From an uncultured delta proteobacterium (GTDB lineage Bacteria; Desulfobacterota; Binatia; UBA9968), in contig CAWFJP010000020.1 of NCBI GenBank assembly GCA_963816145.1, positions 1 to 32,348 of the forward strand: DNA of 32,348 nucleotides, given 5' to 3'. A model generated the notes under the pieces. That model ran no database searches. It saw nothing but the letters and a program-made list of their open reading frames with translations, and was not told the DNA's origin. Made by a program: the position numbers and the translations under genes. The first letter of the stretch is position 1; every line of letters starts with the position of its first letter. Shown here piece by piece: positions 8,993 to 19,561 of this stretch.

Positions 8993-10075
8993 CTAAACCC
9001 GAAAAAACCGCTTGGCATTGAGTCCCAGCACCTTGGCCTTCTCATCGTGGGTCAAATCCGGCCGCTCGATGGTTTCGTGAATCATCTGCCTGGCGGCGAT
9101 CAAGTCGACCTCATGGGGATAGTCCGAGGCGTAAGCAAATCCATCGGCGCCGCACTGTTTGATGACGAAGGGCAATATCCATTCATTGCCCTCGACCCCG
9201 ACCAGCACTTGGCCGCTTGAAAGATAGTCGTTGAGACTGCGCGCGTGACCGGTGCTAGTCGTGTAGACATTGTCGTCGCGGTCCATGCGGTCTTTCAACA
9301 ACAGCACCCAAGCACAGCCGCCCTCGAAAAAACCGATATGCAGATCTTTGAAGCGGTCGAGCACGCCATGATAAACTAGCGAGACGAATTCCAGCGCCAA
9401 CGGCACCGGATGGCGCAGCACGCGTGAAGCCCAAGGGTCGGTAAAGGTATCCTGCCCAAGACCCACACCCGAACCGCCGTGGATACCGAGCACGCAGCCG
9501 AGACTAGCCGCCTCCTCGTAGATCGGCCAGTAGTAGTCGTGACCCAGATGCAGCGGCAGGCCGCGCGATGGCAACATGGCACCGGGCAGTTTTAGCTCCA
9601 CCACCAAACGACGCAGCTCATTTCTCGCCGCTTTGACATCTTGCATGGCAAGCAGTCCCATGGGGAACAGCCGCTTGTCGACTTTGCGGTAGCGCTCGGC
9701 GACATAGTCATTGAAAGCGCGGCAGATCCGCGTCGCATAATCGGCCTGCTGGAAAAATCCCACCGACAAACCTTCCGAAGGAAACAACACGGCTTCGCTG
9801 ACGCCGGCTTTTTCCAAGAATGCGACCCAGTCCTCGCCGGAGCCTTTGCGCTCGCTGCTGGCATCGACGCGGGGCCGGCGCGGCGGCTCAACCTCGCCGG
9901 ATTTGCGCACGTTGCGCGGGTAGTGAATATTGTCCAAACTCGCGAACACACCCTGCCGATTGCGCACGGGTGTTAACGCAACCTCACGATCCACCGGATC
10001 GAGAAACTGCACCATCTCAGGAATCGATTCGATGATATGACCGTCGCAATCGAAGACCACAATGCTTTCCGCCAT
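8993..10075 (-). CDS. Amidohydrolase_2 family metal-dependent hydrolase/decarboxylase
   Basis: DCDGHI, GIHG, FFEGG.W, YASDYPH, KVLGLNAKRFF; GGAGG RBS. Confidence 0.9.
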   Translation of the reverse strand: MAESIVVFDCDGHIIESIPEMVQFLDPVDREVALTPVRNRQGVFASLDNIHYPRNVRKSGEVEPPRRPRVDASSERKGSGEDWVAFLEKAGVSEAVLFPSEGLSVGFFQQADYATRICRAFNDYVAERYRKVDKRLFPMGLLAMQDVKAARNELRRLVVELKLPGAMLPSRGLPLHLGHDYYWPIYEEAASLGCVLGIHGGSGVGLGQDTFTDPWASRVLRHPVPLALEFVSLVYHGVLDRFKDLHIGFFEGGCAWVLLLKDRMDRDDNVYTTSTGHARSLNDYLSSGQVLVGVEGNEWILPFVIKQCGADGFAYASDYPHEVDLIAARQMIHETIERPDLTHDEKAKVLGLNAKRFFRV

Positions 10076-10393
10076 TTGAATCCTCCGAAGAATTGATGAT
10101 CTGGAATCAATCTGTCTCTATCACAAAGTCGAATCAGCATGAAAGGCGTTGCCGATGACCATTGATAGCGACATCGGTACGCCGAGCCATCCGCTCATGC
10201 GCGACGTTTCGCGTAGCCGAATAATTCTTGCTGGGAGGATTCGTCGTAAATCCTAGCTAAAACATGACAACGCGGGAACCCCAGGCAGTCACAGCGCGCC
10301 ACAATCGAGTACCACAGCGATGATTACGTCAATCTCGCGCGCCTTTCTTGACATTCGCTGTCGATATGAATAAGTAACGTCGCCAAAAGCAAC

Positions 10394-11236
10394 ATGTACA
10401 TGTCCAAATATCGCGCCCGATCTTGTCCCAAGTGCGGTTACTATCTTGGCTTCTCGATATCACAGCGGCTGCCTAAACCAGCCCAGGTCGCTGTGACTAA
10501 TTTTTGCCTCAATTGCAACTACAAATTGCCTGTGGTTAGTATTGTCAGAGGGGTTCGGCGGACGCCGCGTCCGCCTAAGCGTGGGCTCTTGCGCTTGATT
10601 TCAGAGAGGGGTCGCGGTGCGGCGATGTCGTTCAACACCCACAAGCAGAGCAAATCCATGGGCAATGCTATCGGCAATACCGACTACGGCCGCCATCTGC
10701 GCGTCATCGGTCAGGACCTGGAGAACCTCCACTTCAGCAGATTTAATTTAGAATTTACCGGTGACGCCTACCTAGTCTGGGTAAGGTCAGAGTCGGCAAC
10801 CGGAAACCAGAACCCCCTGTTGCGAATCAGCCGTAGCCGGCTACAAAAGCTGTGGAAAAATCGCACTGAGCTGCGCACTGTCGGTCACGAGGAAACCTAT
10901 ACGGACACCACCGCGCAACCGGCCAGGCGCTTACGGTACTCACTCCAAGATCTCGACCGGATCGAGCGCGACCGGCGCCAGCTGCGACGCCGCCATAGCG
11001 GCAACGCCGATGGTCATGGACTTTCGCAACTGCTGCGGACGATCGGTGAGTTGATCGAACAGCGCAACGAACGCCTGCTCGGCATTTCGTGGCAGGAACT
11101 TTCGATCAGTATGATTGTCGAAAATTCCCAGGGCCGCAAAGGAATCGATGTTTTCAGGCCCGACAATCTTTACGACCTTTGGGTGAAGATGTATCTGAAG
11201 CGGGACAACCGGGCGATCTCCGACACGCCGCGGTAA
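10394..11236 (+). CDS. Hypothetical protein with N-terminal Zn-ribbon-like motif
   Basis: 280-aa ORF with CPKC...CLNC; perfect TTGACA at 10348-10353 upstream; the start could be a later ATG. Confidence 0.7.
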   Translation: MYMSKYRARSCPKCGYYLGFSISQRLPKPAQVAVTNFCLNCNYKLPVVSIVRGVRRTPRPPKRGLLRLISERGRGAAMSFNTHKQSKSMGNAIGNTDYGRHLRVIGQDLENLHFSRFNLEFTGDAYLVWVRSESATGNQNPLLRISRSRLQKLWKNRTELRTVGHEETYTDTTAQPARRLRYSLQDLDRIERDRRQLRRRHSGNADGHGLSQLLRTIGELIEQRNERLLGISWQELSISMIVENSQGRKGIDVFRPDNLYDLWVKMYLKRDNRAISDTPR

Positions 11237-11271
11237 ATTCCCCGCGCGGCCGCACGGCACCGCCAACTCTG

Positions 11272-13178
11272 CTATTTTTGCGCTAAACTAACGCTCGATG
11301 TTTCGATTCCGGTCGGCAGTAAAAGCTGCTCGTGCAATGCCACGCGTTTGTAGAGCGTTACCGGGATGCGCATGGTAAAAGTTGAGCCCTTTCCCGGTTC
11401 GCTGTCGACGCAAATCTCGCCGCCAAGAATGTCCATGTATTTTTTGACGATGTAGAGCCCCAGCCCCACGCCGCCATGTTGCAGTACCAGATGAGCCTCG
11501 TGCAATTGGCGAAATTTCTCGAAAATCACCCCGCGCCGTTCGCTCGCCATGCCGATGCCTGTATCAGCGACCGTGAGTTCAAGAACCTTGGCCGGCGCTA
11601 AGTAATTCAGCGAGATCACCACGGACCCATGATCGGTGAACTTGACGGCATTGTTGATCAAGTTTTCGGCGATGCGCTTGAGCTTGGGCCGATCGCTTTG
11701 CACCATCGGCAAGTCCGCCGGGTAGTCCCAGATGATTTTGACGTTCTTGGCCAGCGGGGAGTCGTACTCCGCGCGCAGCTCGGACATAAATTCCCAAAGA
11801 TTGATCTCGTTCTTGGCGGCCCGCAGAGTTTCGGACTCGATGTCGCTCACTTGCAAAACTTTACTGATGAGACCGCCAAGCTCTGTCGACTGCCGCTCGA
11901 TCGTCTCGATCGCCTTCTCCTGAATTGGCGTCAGTTGTCCCAACATGCCTTGGTTGAACATGTCAGTGTAGCCCGAGATGACGTTCAACGGCGTCTTCAA
12001 CTCGTTGGAAACCACCTTGAGAAACTCGTCTTTGATCTTGTGCGCATGACGCAGCTCTGCGGTCTGCTGCTGGCTTTGGCGGTACAACTGCGAGTGGTGA
12101 ATCGCGATGGCGGCCTGCCCGGCCAAGGTCTTTAAAAACTCGATTTCTTCGGCGCCGAAAACATGCTCTTCGCGGGCGGCATAGACAAGGCACCCAATGG
12201 TGTCGCCGTTGGCCACTAAGGGCATTCCAATAATCGACACCAGCCCCTCTTTCTTGAAAAACTCCAGGTTCTCGACACGCTCGTCGGCAAAGACATTGCG
12301 CTGGATCAAGGGCTCAATGGCTTTCATGATCGCGTCAATAAAGCTGGAGCGAATCCGAGTCCAACCGCTCCTTGGCATCGAAGCCTTTTGCGGCAACCAT
12401 GTCGATCAACTGGGATTGCGGGTCGCGGAGCCGAACTAACGCAGCGGCGTAGGGCAGATGGCTTAAGGTTTTCTCCAACAATTCATTCAGAATGCTTCTG
12501 GTTTCGTTGGTCGAGGTAACCGCAAGCGTTGACCTCGTGCATCGCCTCCAAGCGCTCGCGCTGGCGGCGCAGTTCTTCTGCGGCCCGCTGCTCGCGCCGC
12601 ACCTCCTCCTCTTTCTCACGGGCCGCCCGGCGCATTCGGCCGACTTGCGCGAAGTAACCGTAAAATAGCGAGATGACGAATGGAAAGGGCAACTGGACGA
12701 AAAGCTCCGGCTCCAATACGGTCGACGAACTGAACAACGCGTAGGCGTAGAGCAGCGGCGCTAGAATCGTCACGACTAGGAGCCCTCGTGAGTCGTTGCA
12801 GATCAGACTCAAGACGACAGTGACGACACAGGCGATGTAAAAGTCCGGACTAGTCGCGCCGGTGGCGCTCAACATTACAATCAGCACCAAGGTGTCGAAG
12901 ACCAGCAATGGCCCATAGAAATATGGCGAATCGAAAAAATCATCCGCCAAAAAATACAGCGTAGCGTGGCTCAACAAATAGAGACTCAGAATCACTTGGA
13001 CCTGGGTCGCGGAAAGCCAGGCAACCTGCGCGTAGTAAAGTAGATAGGAGGACAGAATCACCAGCGGCCAGCGCAAACGGATAACCGTTTCTTTTCGCGC
13101 GACCCCGAAAATGAAGTCGACATTCCACGGCCGTTGCTTGTTAGCGATTTCACCGCTGCGCATGGTCTGCATGATCAC
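11272..13178 (-). CDS. Membrane sensor + GAF histidine kinase-like protein, split by two frameshifts (about 12525 and 12345), with H-box His->Asn
   Basis: 12483..13178 is a multi-TM region ending EAMHEVN; it continues LAVTSTNETRSILNELL (12335..12619 frame), then the GAF end (LAGQAAIAIHH), SNELKTPL, NLINNAVKFT, DTGIG and GVGLGL in 11272..12396. Confidence 0.85.
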
Positions 13179-13224
13179 TGTCGATGCTCTTTAAGATGAA
13201 CTTGAACCCTCGGTAAGAATTGAC

Positions 13225-13240
13225 AGCACATCACGTGCCA
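13225..13240 (-). promoter_or_regulatory. Sigma54 (-24/-12) promoter of the GAF kinase gene
   Basis: Minus strand TGGCACG-TGAT-GTGCT with correct GG-N10-GC spacing, about 50 nt upstream of the start. Confidence 0.65.
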
Positions 13241-13458
13241 TTGGCTCGAGTGGTCATTAAACGACCGGCAGCGGTGAAATTTGTCTCGAATTGTCAATGA
13301 CTTGACCATCGGCTGATTCAGCCGTGGGCTATACGCGCCAGCGACGCCGGACAATTTATACTGCGACGGCACAAAAATGTCGTAAGTTGCCTTCAGACCC
13401 CCGCAAGGACAGAAATGTTCAAAGTGTGCAGGATCCTTCAGCCAGCAGGGTGTTTTGA

Positions 13459-13944
13459 CTAACTGGCAGCAGCGGCCAGCTTGATCTTTTCTTGGGCGGC
13501 GCGCACCGCGCGGAGGATTTCGGCATAGCCGGCACAGCGGCACAGATTACCCGCAAGATATTCTCGAATCTGATCATCGCTCGGATCGGCGTTTTCGTCG
13601 AGCAGGGCTTTGACCGAGAGCACGAAGCCTGGCGTGCAGTAGGCGCACTGCAAGGCGCGCTCTTCCACCCACGCTTGCTGAATCGGATGAAGCGAATCGC
13701 CGTCACTCAGACCTTCGAGCGTAAGGATCTCATGCCCCGTGGCGCGCGCTGCCAAGTGTAAACAGGCACTCACCGGCTTGCCATCGAGCAGTACCGTGCA
13801 GCTGCCGCAGGCGCTGACACCGCAAGCTTCGCGCACGCTCCAAAGCTGGAGACGGTCGCGCAAGACTTCCAACAGAGTATCGGCGTCATCGATGACAAGC
13901 GAAACGTCCCGCTGGTTAAGCCGTAAGTGAATCTCGCGTTTCAT
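13459..13944 (-). CDS. CoxS/XdhC-type 2x[2Fe-2S] subunit
   Basis: CGVSACGSC...C and QCAYCTPG...GNLCRC. Confidence 0.93.
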   Translation of the reverse strand: MKREIHLRLNQRDVSLVIDDADTLLEVLRDRLQLWSVREACGVSACGSCTVLLDGKPVSACLHLAARATGHEILTLEGLSDGDSLHPIQQAWVEERALQCAYCTPGFVLSVKALLDENADPSDDQIREYLAGNLCRCAGYAEILRAVRAAQEKIKLAAAAS

Positions 13945-13948
13945 GAAA

Positions 13949-16285
13949 TTAACCTCTGGATACTGTGACGCCGTTTTTCTCGGCTAAAGCGCGCAACACT
14001 CGCTCTGGCGTAATCGGCAGATCGCGAATGCGCACGCCGACGGCGTCTTCGATCGCGTTGGCGATCGCCGGCGCCACGGTTAAGGCACCGGTCTCTCCAG
14101 CCCCCTTGGCGCCGAAGGGCCCGTCCTCGTGCGGCACTTGAACGACGATCGGGCGAACCAATTGCGGCATGTCTTTGATCGAGGCGACCTGATAGTCGAG
14201 CAACGAACCGTTGATGAGCTGGCCTTCGTCAAAGATCATTTCTTCGAACATCGTCAAGCCGAGATGCATCAGCGCGGCGCCCTGGAGCTGCTGCTCGCAG
14301 TGGCGCGGATTGATCGCCGTGCCGGTGTCGCCGACGCTGAAGAGTTGCAGCACCTTCACGTGCCCGGTTTCGGTGTCGACTTCGACTTCGGCGGCGGTCG
14401 CCGATGGAAACCAATACTCCGTGCACTTTTCCGACTGGCCGGTTTCCGGATCCATGTGCGCCGCCGTCGGCTGGCACACCGCCTCGGCGGCCAGCGTCGT
14501 GCCGAGACTGCCGAACTTGGCCAAGAAGATCTCACCGACCGTCATGCCGCGCTCTTCTAAACCGCGCACATAGATCCGTCCTTTCCGCGCGGTGAGATCA
14601 TCCGGATCCACTTCCAGTTTCGCGGCGACGACCTCGCACAACTGCGCTTTGACCTTGGCCGCGGCCATGCGCACGGCGTTGCCCATGTGATAGGTCGAAC
14701 GGCTGCCGGCGGTGATCGTATCGTACGGCGTAACGTCGGTGTCGGGTTGAACGATATGCACGCGATCGGCGGTGATACCAAGTTCCTCGGCGACGATCTG
14801 ACTCATGGTCGTCTCCGATCCCTGCCCCATCTCCACCGTGCTGCTCAAGACATTGGCCGTGCCGTCGGCATTGAGAATGACGATGGCACCGGAAATCGAC
14901 GGCGTCAGCACCGCTTTGACTCCGGCGGCGATGCCTCTGCCGCGTCGCTTCGTGCCGCTTTGGCTTGGTTGGGGTTTCGACCATTCGATGGCTTGCGCAG
15001 CTTGACGGATCGCTTCTTTGATGCCGAACGAGCGCACCACAGTGCCGGTGGCGAACTTTTCACCCTCGTCCAGAGCCGGCTTCAAACGAAACTCCACCGG
15101 GTCCACGCCGAGCGCGCGCGCGATCATGTCGGTCTGCGAATCATAGGCCCAGATGACTTGCGGCACGCCGAAGCCGCGAAACGCGCCGGCCGGCACCTTG
15201 TTGGTGTAGACGCAATAGGAATCGATCCACACGTTGGGAATCTTATAGGGCCCCGCCGAGGTGTAACCGGACTTGTGACCGATGCGCGGGCCGATTTCAG
15301 CATAGGCCCCGGTATCCCAATACACTTCGCATTTGCGCGCGGTGATTGTCCCGTTTTTGATCGCGGTTTTTATTTTGGTCACCACCTTGTGCTTGGTGAT
15401 CGTCAGGAACTCTTCTTCGCGGGTCAGCGCGTAGCGCACCGGCTTTTTGGTGATCAACGCCAGAGCCGTCACCAGCGGTTCCAGTTTGGCGTAGAGCTTC
15501 GCGCCATAGCCGCCGCCCAGATACGGCACGCGCACGCGAATCCGGTGCATCGGAATTCCGAAGGTGGCGGCAAGCTCGGTGCGCACGTAGGACGGCGATT
15601 GACTCGCAGTCCAGACGTTGAGCCGATTATGCTCGTCCAAATAAACCAGCGTCACGTGCGGCTCCATCGGCACATGCTGGGCCGGCGGTGAGCTAAACGT
15701 ATCGTCAAAAACTCGATCCGCTTCGGCAAACGCCTTGTCGACATCGCCGATGCGGAGTTTGAAGTGATAACAGATATTGGACTGTTGTCCGGCTTTGACA
15801 TGGGCAAGATCGGCGAAAGCCTTAGCCGGTCGATGCTGTTCATGAACCAGCGGCGCGTCCTTCTTGACCGCATCGAACACGTCAAAGATCGCCGGCAGCG
15901 GCTGGTAATCGATCTCGACAAGCTGCAGCGCATCCTCGGCGGTGCGATGATCCACCGCCGCCACCGCGACGACGGGATCGCCGACGTAGCAAACTCTGTC
16001 CACGGCGAGGATCGGCTGATCGCGAAACGCCGGACCGAAGTGCGGATCGACCCCCGGCATCTTCGCGATCTCGGCACCGGTGAGCACCACGGCGACACCG
16101 GCCAACGCCGCGGCCTTGGATTTGTCGATGCGCAAAATCCGCGCGTGCGGATAAGGACTTCGCAGCACGGCGACATGGAGCATTCCCGGCATCTCGATGT
16201 TGCCGACGTGCAGCGCCCGCCCGGTTACTTTGGGGTTGGCGTCCTTGCGATAAACCGATTGCCCGACGACTGAAAAATTTGTCAT
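13949..16285 (-). CDS. Xanthine dehydrogenase/aldehyde oxidoreductase-family molybdopterin-binding subunit (CoxL-like)
   Basis: LGGGYGAK, AGAFRGFG.PQ, EMGQG, TAGSRST and GAKGAGE (catalytic Glu). Confidence 0.93.
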   Translation of the reverse strand: MTNFSVVGQSVYRKDANPKVTGRALHVGNIEMPGMLHVAVLRSPYPHARILRIDKSKAAALAGVAVVLTGAEIAKMPGVDPHFGPAFRDQPILAVDRVCYVGDPVVAVAAVDHRTAEDALQLVEIDYQPLPAIFDVFDAVKKDAPLVHEQHRPAKAFADLAHVKAGQQSNICYHFKLRIGDVDKAFAEADRVFDDTFSSPPAQHVPMEPHVTLVYLDEHNRLNVWTASQSPSYVRTELAATFGIPMHRIRVRVPYLGGGYGAKLYAKLEPLVTALALITKKPVRYALTREEEFLTITKHKVVTKIKTAIKNGTITARKCEVYWDTGAYAEIGPRIGHKSGYTSAGPYKIPNVWIDSYCVYTNKVPAGAFRGFGVPQVIWAYDSQTDMIARALGVDPVEFRLKPALDEGEKFATGTVVRSFGIKEAIRQAAQAIEWSKPQPSQSGTKRRGRGIAAGVKAVLTPSISGAIVILNADGTANVLSSTVEMGQGSETTMSQIVAEELGITADRVHIVQPDTDVTPYDTITAGSRSTYHMGNAVRMAAAKVKAQLCEVVAAKLEVDPDDLTARKGRIYVRGLEERGMTVGEIFLAKFGSLGTTLAAEAVCQPTAAHMDPETGQSEKCTEYWFPSATAAEVEVDTETGHVKVLQLFSVGDTGTAINPRHCEQQLQGAALMHLGLTMFEEMIFDEGQLINGSLLDYQVASIKDMPQLVRPIVVQVPHEDGPFGAKGAGETGALTVAPAIANAIEDAVGVRIRDLPITPERVLRALAEKNGVTVSRG

Positions 16286-16289
16286 GAGT

Positions 16290-17144
16290 TTATCCGTTGA
16301 CCTGCTCGAGCGCCTTTTGCGTAAACAGCCGCGCCATCTTGCGCTTGTACCAATCCGAGCCGCGCAAATCGGACGACGGCGAGATCTGTGCGTCGACCGC
16401 GGCGAGTATTTTGTCGATCACTGCGGCATCGACGACCTGGTCATGAGCGAACTCCAACCCGGAGATCAGCAGCGGCGTCGCCGCCACGCCGCCGAGCGCC
16501 AGACGCAATTGCTGACAGCGGCCGCCCTGCTTTTGCATGAACGCCGATACGCCGACACAGGGCCAGTCGTTGGCAGATAGGGTGCTGTAGCGCAGATAAA
16601 CTGCGCGACTGTTAGCCGGCATTTGCGGGATTCTTACCTCGGTGAGAATCTCGCCCGGCTCCAGCGCCGTCTCGTACATGCCGCGAAAGAAATCTTTGAG
16701 CTCGATCGTGCGCGCGCCTTTCGGACCGATGGCTGAAACCGCGGCGCCGAGAACCAACAACGGCGGCGGCGGGTCCAAACGATAATCGGCGTGGGCGAGA
16801 TTGCCGCCCACCGACGCCGTCTGGCGCACCCGCACATTGCCGATATGGCTAAACGCCTCGGCGACGACCGGAAAAGCTTGACGGATCAGCGGCGACAGCT
16901 CGATCATTCGATGCGTCGCCAGAGCGCCGAGTCGAACACCGTCGCGATCCTGCGTGATATGACTCAGTCCCGGAATCGTCTGCAGATCGACCAGATACGG
17001 ATAGTGCAGCGCCCGCTGCTTCATCAAGATGACCAGCGTCGTGCCGCCGCCGATGGCGCGGGCGTCTTCGCCATGCATTTGTAGGAACTCCACGGCTTCG
17101 GGCAAGGATCGCGGCTGGAGTAGATCGAACGAGCGGATAGTCAT
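16290..17144 (-). CDS. CoxM-like FAD-binding subunit
   Basis: AIGGGTTL, ASVGGNLAHAD, DLRGSDWYKR. Confidence 0.92.
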   Translation of the reverse strand: MTIRSFDLLQPRSLPEAVEFLQMHGEDARAIGGGTTLVILMKQRALHYPYLVDLQTIPGLSHITQDRDGVRLGALATHRMIELSPLIRQAFPVVAEAFSHIGNVRVRQTASVGGNLAHADYRLDPPPPLLVLGAAVSAIGPKGARTIELKDFFRGMYETALEPGEILTEVRIPQMPANSRAVYLRYSTLSANDWPCVGVSAFMQKQGGRCQQLRLALGGVAATPLLISGLEFAHDQVVDAAVIDKILAAVDAQISPSSDLRGSDWYKRKMARLFTQKALEQVNG

Positions 17145-17273
17145 TGGTATTCCTGAGTCGGTTTCGTTTCTATCCTTACGCTATTTCAGAATCAAGTTGA
17201 CGGAGCACCAAAACGCATTTGACAGAACCACCCAACTCTGAGATGAATCGATTTTAATAGGAGGGCAAAGACG

Positions 17274-18086
17274 ATGTTTACGAGCATTAGACATATCGCG
17301 GTGATGACCGAGAACTGGAACCGCGAAGCAAGATTTTATCAGACGATCTTCGGCATGAAAAAGATCACCAATGGCATGACCGACGAAAAAGGCGATTACA
17401 ATCCCGAACGCGGCCATCTGAGCGACGGCGTCATCGGCCTGGCGCTACTGCAACGCCAGCCGGGCTTCAGGTCGGGCATGGACCATTTCGGCTTCGCGGT
17501 CGAAAGCGTCGACCTAGTGCGCGAGCGGCTCAAACAGTCTTATCCCGACGTCAATATTCACCAAAGCCAAAGCCATGTGCCGTTTGCCGGCCTGCGCGGC
17601 CACGATCCGGACGGCAACCAATACGATCTCTCGCAGATGGGTATGGCCAACGTGCGTGAAGGTTACGTCGAGTTTGGCTGGGAGCAGCCGCGCTGGATCA
17701 ATCATATCTGCATCCGCAGCGGCAGAACGGCGCATATCGCGGAGTTTTATCAAAAAGTTTTCGACCTGAAACCGGTGGAAGGCCTCTCCGGCGACAACAG
17801 TTATTACTTGACCGACGGCAAGGTCAGTCTCGCGATCCGGCCGTGGAGCATGGTTACGCATCGCGGTTTTTACTCGGGCCTCGACCACTTCGGCTTTAAA
17901 GTCGACAACCTCGAACAAACCAAGAAAGATCTCGATGCCCTCGGCGCCGCCCATCCCGAATCGGCGGCGCGCCGCGTCGACATCGGCCGCGACGGCCCCA
18001 ACCACATGAAAAACCTCGAGGCCTGCAAGCTATGCAAGCACGCCCTGTCCGATCCGGACGGCGTGCTGCTAGATTTGACGGACTGA
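17274..18086 (+). CDS. VOC (glyoxalase/extradiol dioxygenase) family protein with tandem domains
   Basis: IRHIAV...MDHFGF...DPDGN and INHICI...LDHFGF...DPDGV; GGAGG RBS. Confidence 0.85.
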   Translation: MFTSIRHIAVMTENWNREARFYQTIFGMKKITNGMTDEKGDYNPERGHLSDGVIGLALLQRQPGFRSGMDHFGFAVESVDLVRERLKQSYPDVNIHQSQSHVPFAGLRGHDPDGNQYDLSQMGMANVREGYVEFGWEQPRWINHICIRSGRTAHIAEFYQKVFDLKPVEGLSGDNSYYLTDGKVSLAIRPWSMVTHRGFYSGLDHFGFKVDNLEQTKKDLDALGAAHPESAARRVDIGRDGPNHMKNLEACKLCKHALSDPDGVLLDLTD

Positions 18087-18157
18087 GGGATCGAGGGGTC
18101 GCCAACCGTAGTGAAAGCTCTCGACTGGGGCTGAAGACAGATCGTTTGGGAGGAGCT

Positions 18158-18505
18158 ATGGAGTTTGCCAACATCAACGACACCATGCGGACCGCCAAGG
18201 ACCAGGACAAACGCTTCATGCCGCTCTTCGGCTCGGAGACTTTTCGCTCGTGGATTCTTTATTTTCGCCCCGGTGAACACACCGACATGCATTTCCATAT
18301 GTCGCCGGAAACTTTTCTCGTGCTGCAAGGCAAAGCTTCGGTCAAAGGGCTTAAGGGCGAAGAGCGCGTGATCGGGCAGAACGAGATCGTTTTTTTCGGC
18401 GCCAAAGATTATTATCAAATCACCAACGTCGGCGATGAACCGCTGGTGCTGGTGGGCAACCGTTCCGAAGCGTTCGGCGGCGCCCATGTGACCGCGAAAG
18501 AATAG
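18158..18505 (+). CDS. Cupin domain protein
   Basis: PGEHTDMHFHMSPETFLVLQG...ITNVGDEPLV; start set at the ATG after GGAGGAG rather than at 18032. Confidence 0.85.
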   Translation: MEFANINDTMRTAKDQDKRFMPLFGSETFRSWILYFRPGEHTDMHFHMSPETFLVLQGKASVKGLKGEERVIGQNEIVFFGAKDYYQITNVGDEPLVLVGNRSEAFGGAHVTAKE

Positions 18506-18520
18506 ACTCGGATTATCTCC

Positions 18521-18544
18521 CGCAAAGACGCGAAGGCGCAAAGG
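18521..18544. repeat. 8-nt-period intergenic repeat (CGCAAAGR-like x3)
   Basis: CGCAAAGA CGCGAAGG CGCAAAGG. Confidence 0.55.
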
Positions 18545-18556
18545 TGACGGGATAAA

Positions 18557-19528
18557 ATGCAGCTGTCATCGCGTGTCTGCCTGCTGCTATGTATTCTTTC
18601 CGTCACGGCGCGGCATTCCCTCGCCGCAGAGGAAATCAAAATCGCCTCCACCGGTGCCGGACTTAGCACATTGCCGCTGGAGGTCGCCGCGCGCAAAGGC
18701 TTTTTTCGCGACGAAGGCTTTGACGTATTGACGATAACGATGCGCACTAACATCGCGGTCAATGCGCTCCTCACTCGAAGTGTCGAATTTGCCACTCCCA
18801 GCACGTCCGCGATAAAAGCCGCCAGCGCCGGCTTACCGGTGAAACTGGTTGCCGTCTTGCTTGGCCGTCCCGACTACTTTCTCACCGTCAAGAAAGATGT
18901 AAAAACCGTACGCGATCTCAAGGGCAAACGCATCGCCATCGGCAGCTACGGCGCCGCCGCCGACTTGGCCCTGCGCGCAGTCGCCAAGCAAGACGGCTTG
19001 GACCCCGACCGCGAGCTCATTCGATTGCAAATGGGCGGCGCCGCAGCGCGCTACGCTGCGCTCGTTTCCGGCAGCGTCGACGCAACTATCTTGACTCTGC
19101 CTTACAACCTGCAAGCGGAAAAAGCCGGATACAAAGACCTCCTCTGGTTCGGCGAACGCCTGGAGCTCCCGCTCTCCGGCCTCGCCGTCCGGGACGAGAC
19201 AATTCAGAAAACTCCCAAACAAGTCTACGGCATAATCAGAGCAGTCTTCCGCGCCATGGCGTTCGCCGGCGCCAACCGCGAGGAAACCATCCAGATACTA
19301 ATCAACTGGCTGAAGCTCGATCGTGAGGTTGCCGCAAGAAGCTATGAATTGGGTAAACGAAGCTGGTCCGACGGCGGCGTCGTGTCCGACGCCGCCGTGC
19401 AAACCCTGGTGGATCAGTCGATACTCGAACTAAAGAGCAAAGACCTCGTCCCCCTCGACAACGTGCGCAACTGGAGCTTCGCCGAACGGGCACGGCGGGA
19501 TATGGATAAAGCCATCCCCGCACGATAG
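18557..19528 (+). CDS. ABC transporter substrate-binding protein, NMT1/SsuA/TauA type
   Basis: Signal peptide, KGFFRDEG, DLKGKRIAI, AALVSGSVDA. Confidence 0.88.
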   Translation: MQLSSRVCLLLCILSVTARHSLAAEEIKIASTGAGLSTLPLEVAARKGFFRDEGFDVLTITMRTNIAVNALLTRSVEFATPSTSAIKAASAGLPVKLVAVLLGRPDYFLTVKKDVKTVRDLKGKRIAIGSYGAAADLALRAVAKQDGLDPDRELIRLQMGGAAARYAALVSGSVDATILTLPYNLQAEKAGYKDLLWFGERLELPLSGLAVRDETIQKTPKQVYGIIRAVFRAMAFAGANREETIQILINWLKLDREVAARSYELGKRSWSDGGVVSDAAVQTLVDQSILELKSKDLVPLDNVRNWSFAERARRDMDKAIPAR

Positions 19529-19561
19529 TTTAATGGCCCAAGCTCATCTTGGGAATTACCA

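Noticed and set aside
13175-13543. 122-aa Cys-rich ORF between coxS and the kinase
   Set aside because: It overlaps the coxS end and the sigma54 promoter region, has no RBS and no coherent motif.
14687-15691. 334-aa plus-strand ORF and similar long antisense ORFs (533..1153, 27088..27603, 17870..18541)
   Set aside because: These are shadow ORFs opposite well-supported genes in GC-rich DNA, with no recognisable motifs.
13949-16285. Aerobic CO dehydrogenase call
   Set aside because: The active-site loop is AFRGFG, not AYxCSFR (form I) or AYRGAGR (form II), and there are no cox accessory genes.
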